From Eledone cirrhosa (taxonomy: Eukaryota), in NCBI GenBank assembly GCA_964016885.1, contig OZ024741.1, forward strand, positions 189,410,001-189,474,000: 64,000 bases of DNA, read 5' to 3'. A program made the translations under genes and the position numbers. Below, piece after piece: positions 62,857 through 64,000 of the stretch. Positions within the stretch are counted from its first letter, which is position 1; each line of letters opens with the position of its first letter. The notes beneath the pieces are model-generated. The model did not search any database. It was not told the DNA's origin and saw nothing but the letters and a program-made list of their open reading frames with translations.

Positions 62857-63091
62857 TTTAGCAGTATTAGTTGTAGATGTTATCGAGATACGAGTGACAT
62901 AATAATTATTTCAACAGCAGAAATTAGAGATGAAATATACGTTTATTTTTTGATGTAGCACAAACAATGGTGTTGTACAGAGGCTGGTTTCTGGCGTGTG
63001 ATCAGTCGGCTTTCCAGTGGCTGTCTGTCTTTTCTTTCTGGCGTTCCTAACCGGCGTTGTTCTATCAAGGAGCGTGAGGCGTCTTACTACA
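62857..63091 (-). repeat. 5' LTR, followed by PBS-like site at 62844-62855
   Basis: Direct repeat of 57499-57733. Confidence 0.95.
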
Positions 63092-64000
63092 AGTCCGTCC
63101 AGCGCCCGACTATGCTGTTGGATGGCATGGACCTGCCTCACCAGGTGCAAGCCCACCGACTTTTCCTGGTTGATCATTGCTCCTGTCACCGCTTCGTATT
63201 CTCTTAGTGTAGTGCCGATCGCCTCGATGTGTTTGGCGTTTGACACCACTATGGTGACATCGTCTGCATATGCTGACACAGATCTTCCGCACCCTAGTTC
63301 ACACGGGACCCCCCTCAACGTCTCCAGTTTGTGCAGTAATGGCTCGAGAGTCAATACGTACAACAGGGACCGAGCACATGATGTTGAATGGTTCTGGGTG
63401 GACCAAGCACATGATGTTGAATGGTTCTGAAAGGTAACCATTCACTTTCACCACAGAGCAGATGTCGCTGTGCATGGCAGTGATCCAGCCTCTGAAGATG
63501 GGCCCAAAGCCAGCTGCCCTCAGGAGTGCCACCTGATAACGATGGTCGACCCTATCGAACGCTTTCGACTGATCTAAATTGATCAAGGAACCACCCGTGC
63601 CAGGTTCCCTAGCTACTCTCTCCACGATGTATCGCATGAGGTGGAGGTTGTTGTGGATGGATGTCTGGAATGGCGCATGTCTGCGCCTCTCCGACCAGAC
63701 CACCAACGACAAGCACCAACCTCTTTGCTAGCACCTTGGCCAAAATCTTGAACTCTGTGTTTAACAGAGTTATGGGCCTGAAATTATCTATGTTATCCCC
63801 CTTGTTCGGAGCAGGTTTGCAAGGCTTTTACACCCTCCTCCCCTATCCCTAATCCCACACAGTCCCAGCGTGCATCTAAGATCCCGTTCCAGTCGCCCAC
63901 TAACACTAAAGAGCGAGACGTTCCAAGAAAGGTCCCCAGACGCCGGAAGAAATCATTCCGCCCTGCTCCTGTCGGGGAATAGACGGCTACTAGCCTGAAA
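63092..64000 (-). mobile_element. Deleted Tx1-clade copy E, RT and endonuclease remnants (runs off the window)
   Basis: LDQSKAFDRVDH, LYVLTLEPLL, SAYADD, GDWNGILD; internal deletions and a ~32-bp local duplication at 63373-63428. Confidence 0.9.

Larger units (their letters stand above)
57499..63091 (-). mobile_element. Ty3/Gypsy (CsRn1/Kabuki-like) composite LTR retrotransposon lacking gag and protease
   Basis: 235-bp LTRs at 57499-57733 and 62857-63091 (one mismatch seen); TSD AGTC at 57495-98 and 63092-95; tRNA-Trp-like PBS TGGTGACC. Confidence 0.92.

Overview
Repeat-dense, AT-rich animal genomic DNA; the SINE, RTE, Penelope and (TA)n landscape suggests an octopus or other coleoid cephalopod (inference only). 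The only host gene recognised is the 3' end of an axonemal dynein heavy chain (DNAH12-like), with two spliced exons at 17113-17204 and 19661-19922. The rest is transposon-derived. Four head-to-tail Tx1-clade LINEs from three subfamilies sit in one (GATA)n microsatellite (31.6-43.1 kb), and one of them is full-length. There is a near-complete RTE LINE with a PHD-like finger (44.3-47.5 kb) plus many RTE 3' fragments. A young CsRn1-like Ty3/Gypsy composite has 235-bp LTRs, a 4-bp TSD, a third internal LTR and no gag or protease (57.5-63.1 kb). Also present are non-autonomous Helitrons carrying a Penelope-derived hammerhead-ribozyme motif, other Penelope palindromes with hammerheads, piggyBac-like MITEs, a decayed mariner and many tRNA-derived SINEs. 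Best candidates for novelty are the (GATA)n-targeting Tx1 stack, the hammerhead-carrying Helitron with an atypical core, and the three-LTR composite with a short LTR-end/PBS repeat array. All calls are by eye; no database search was possible.
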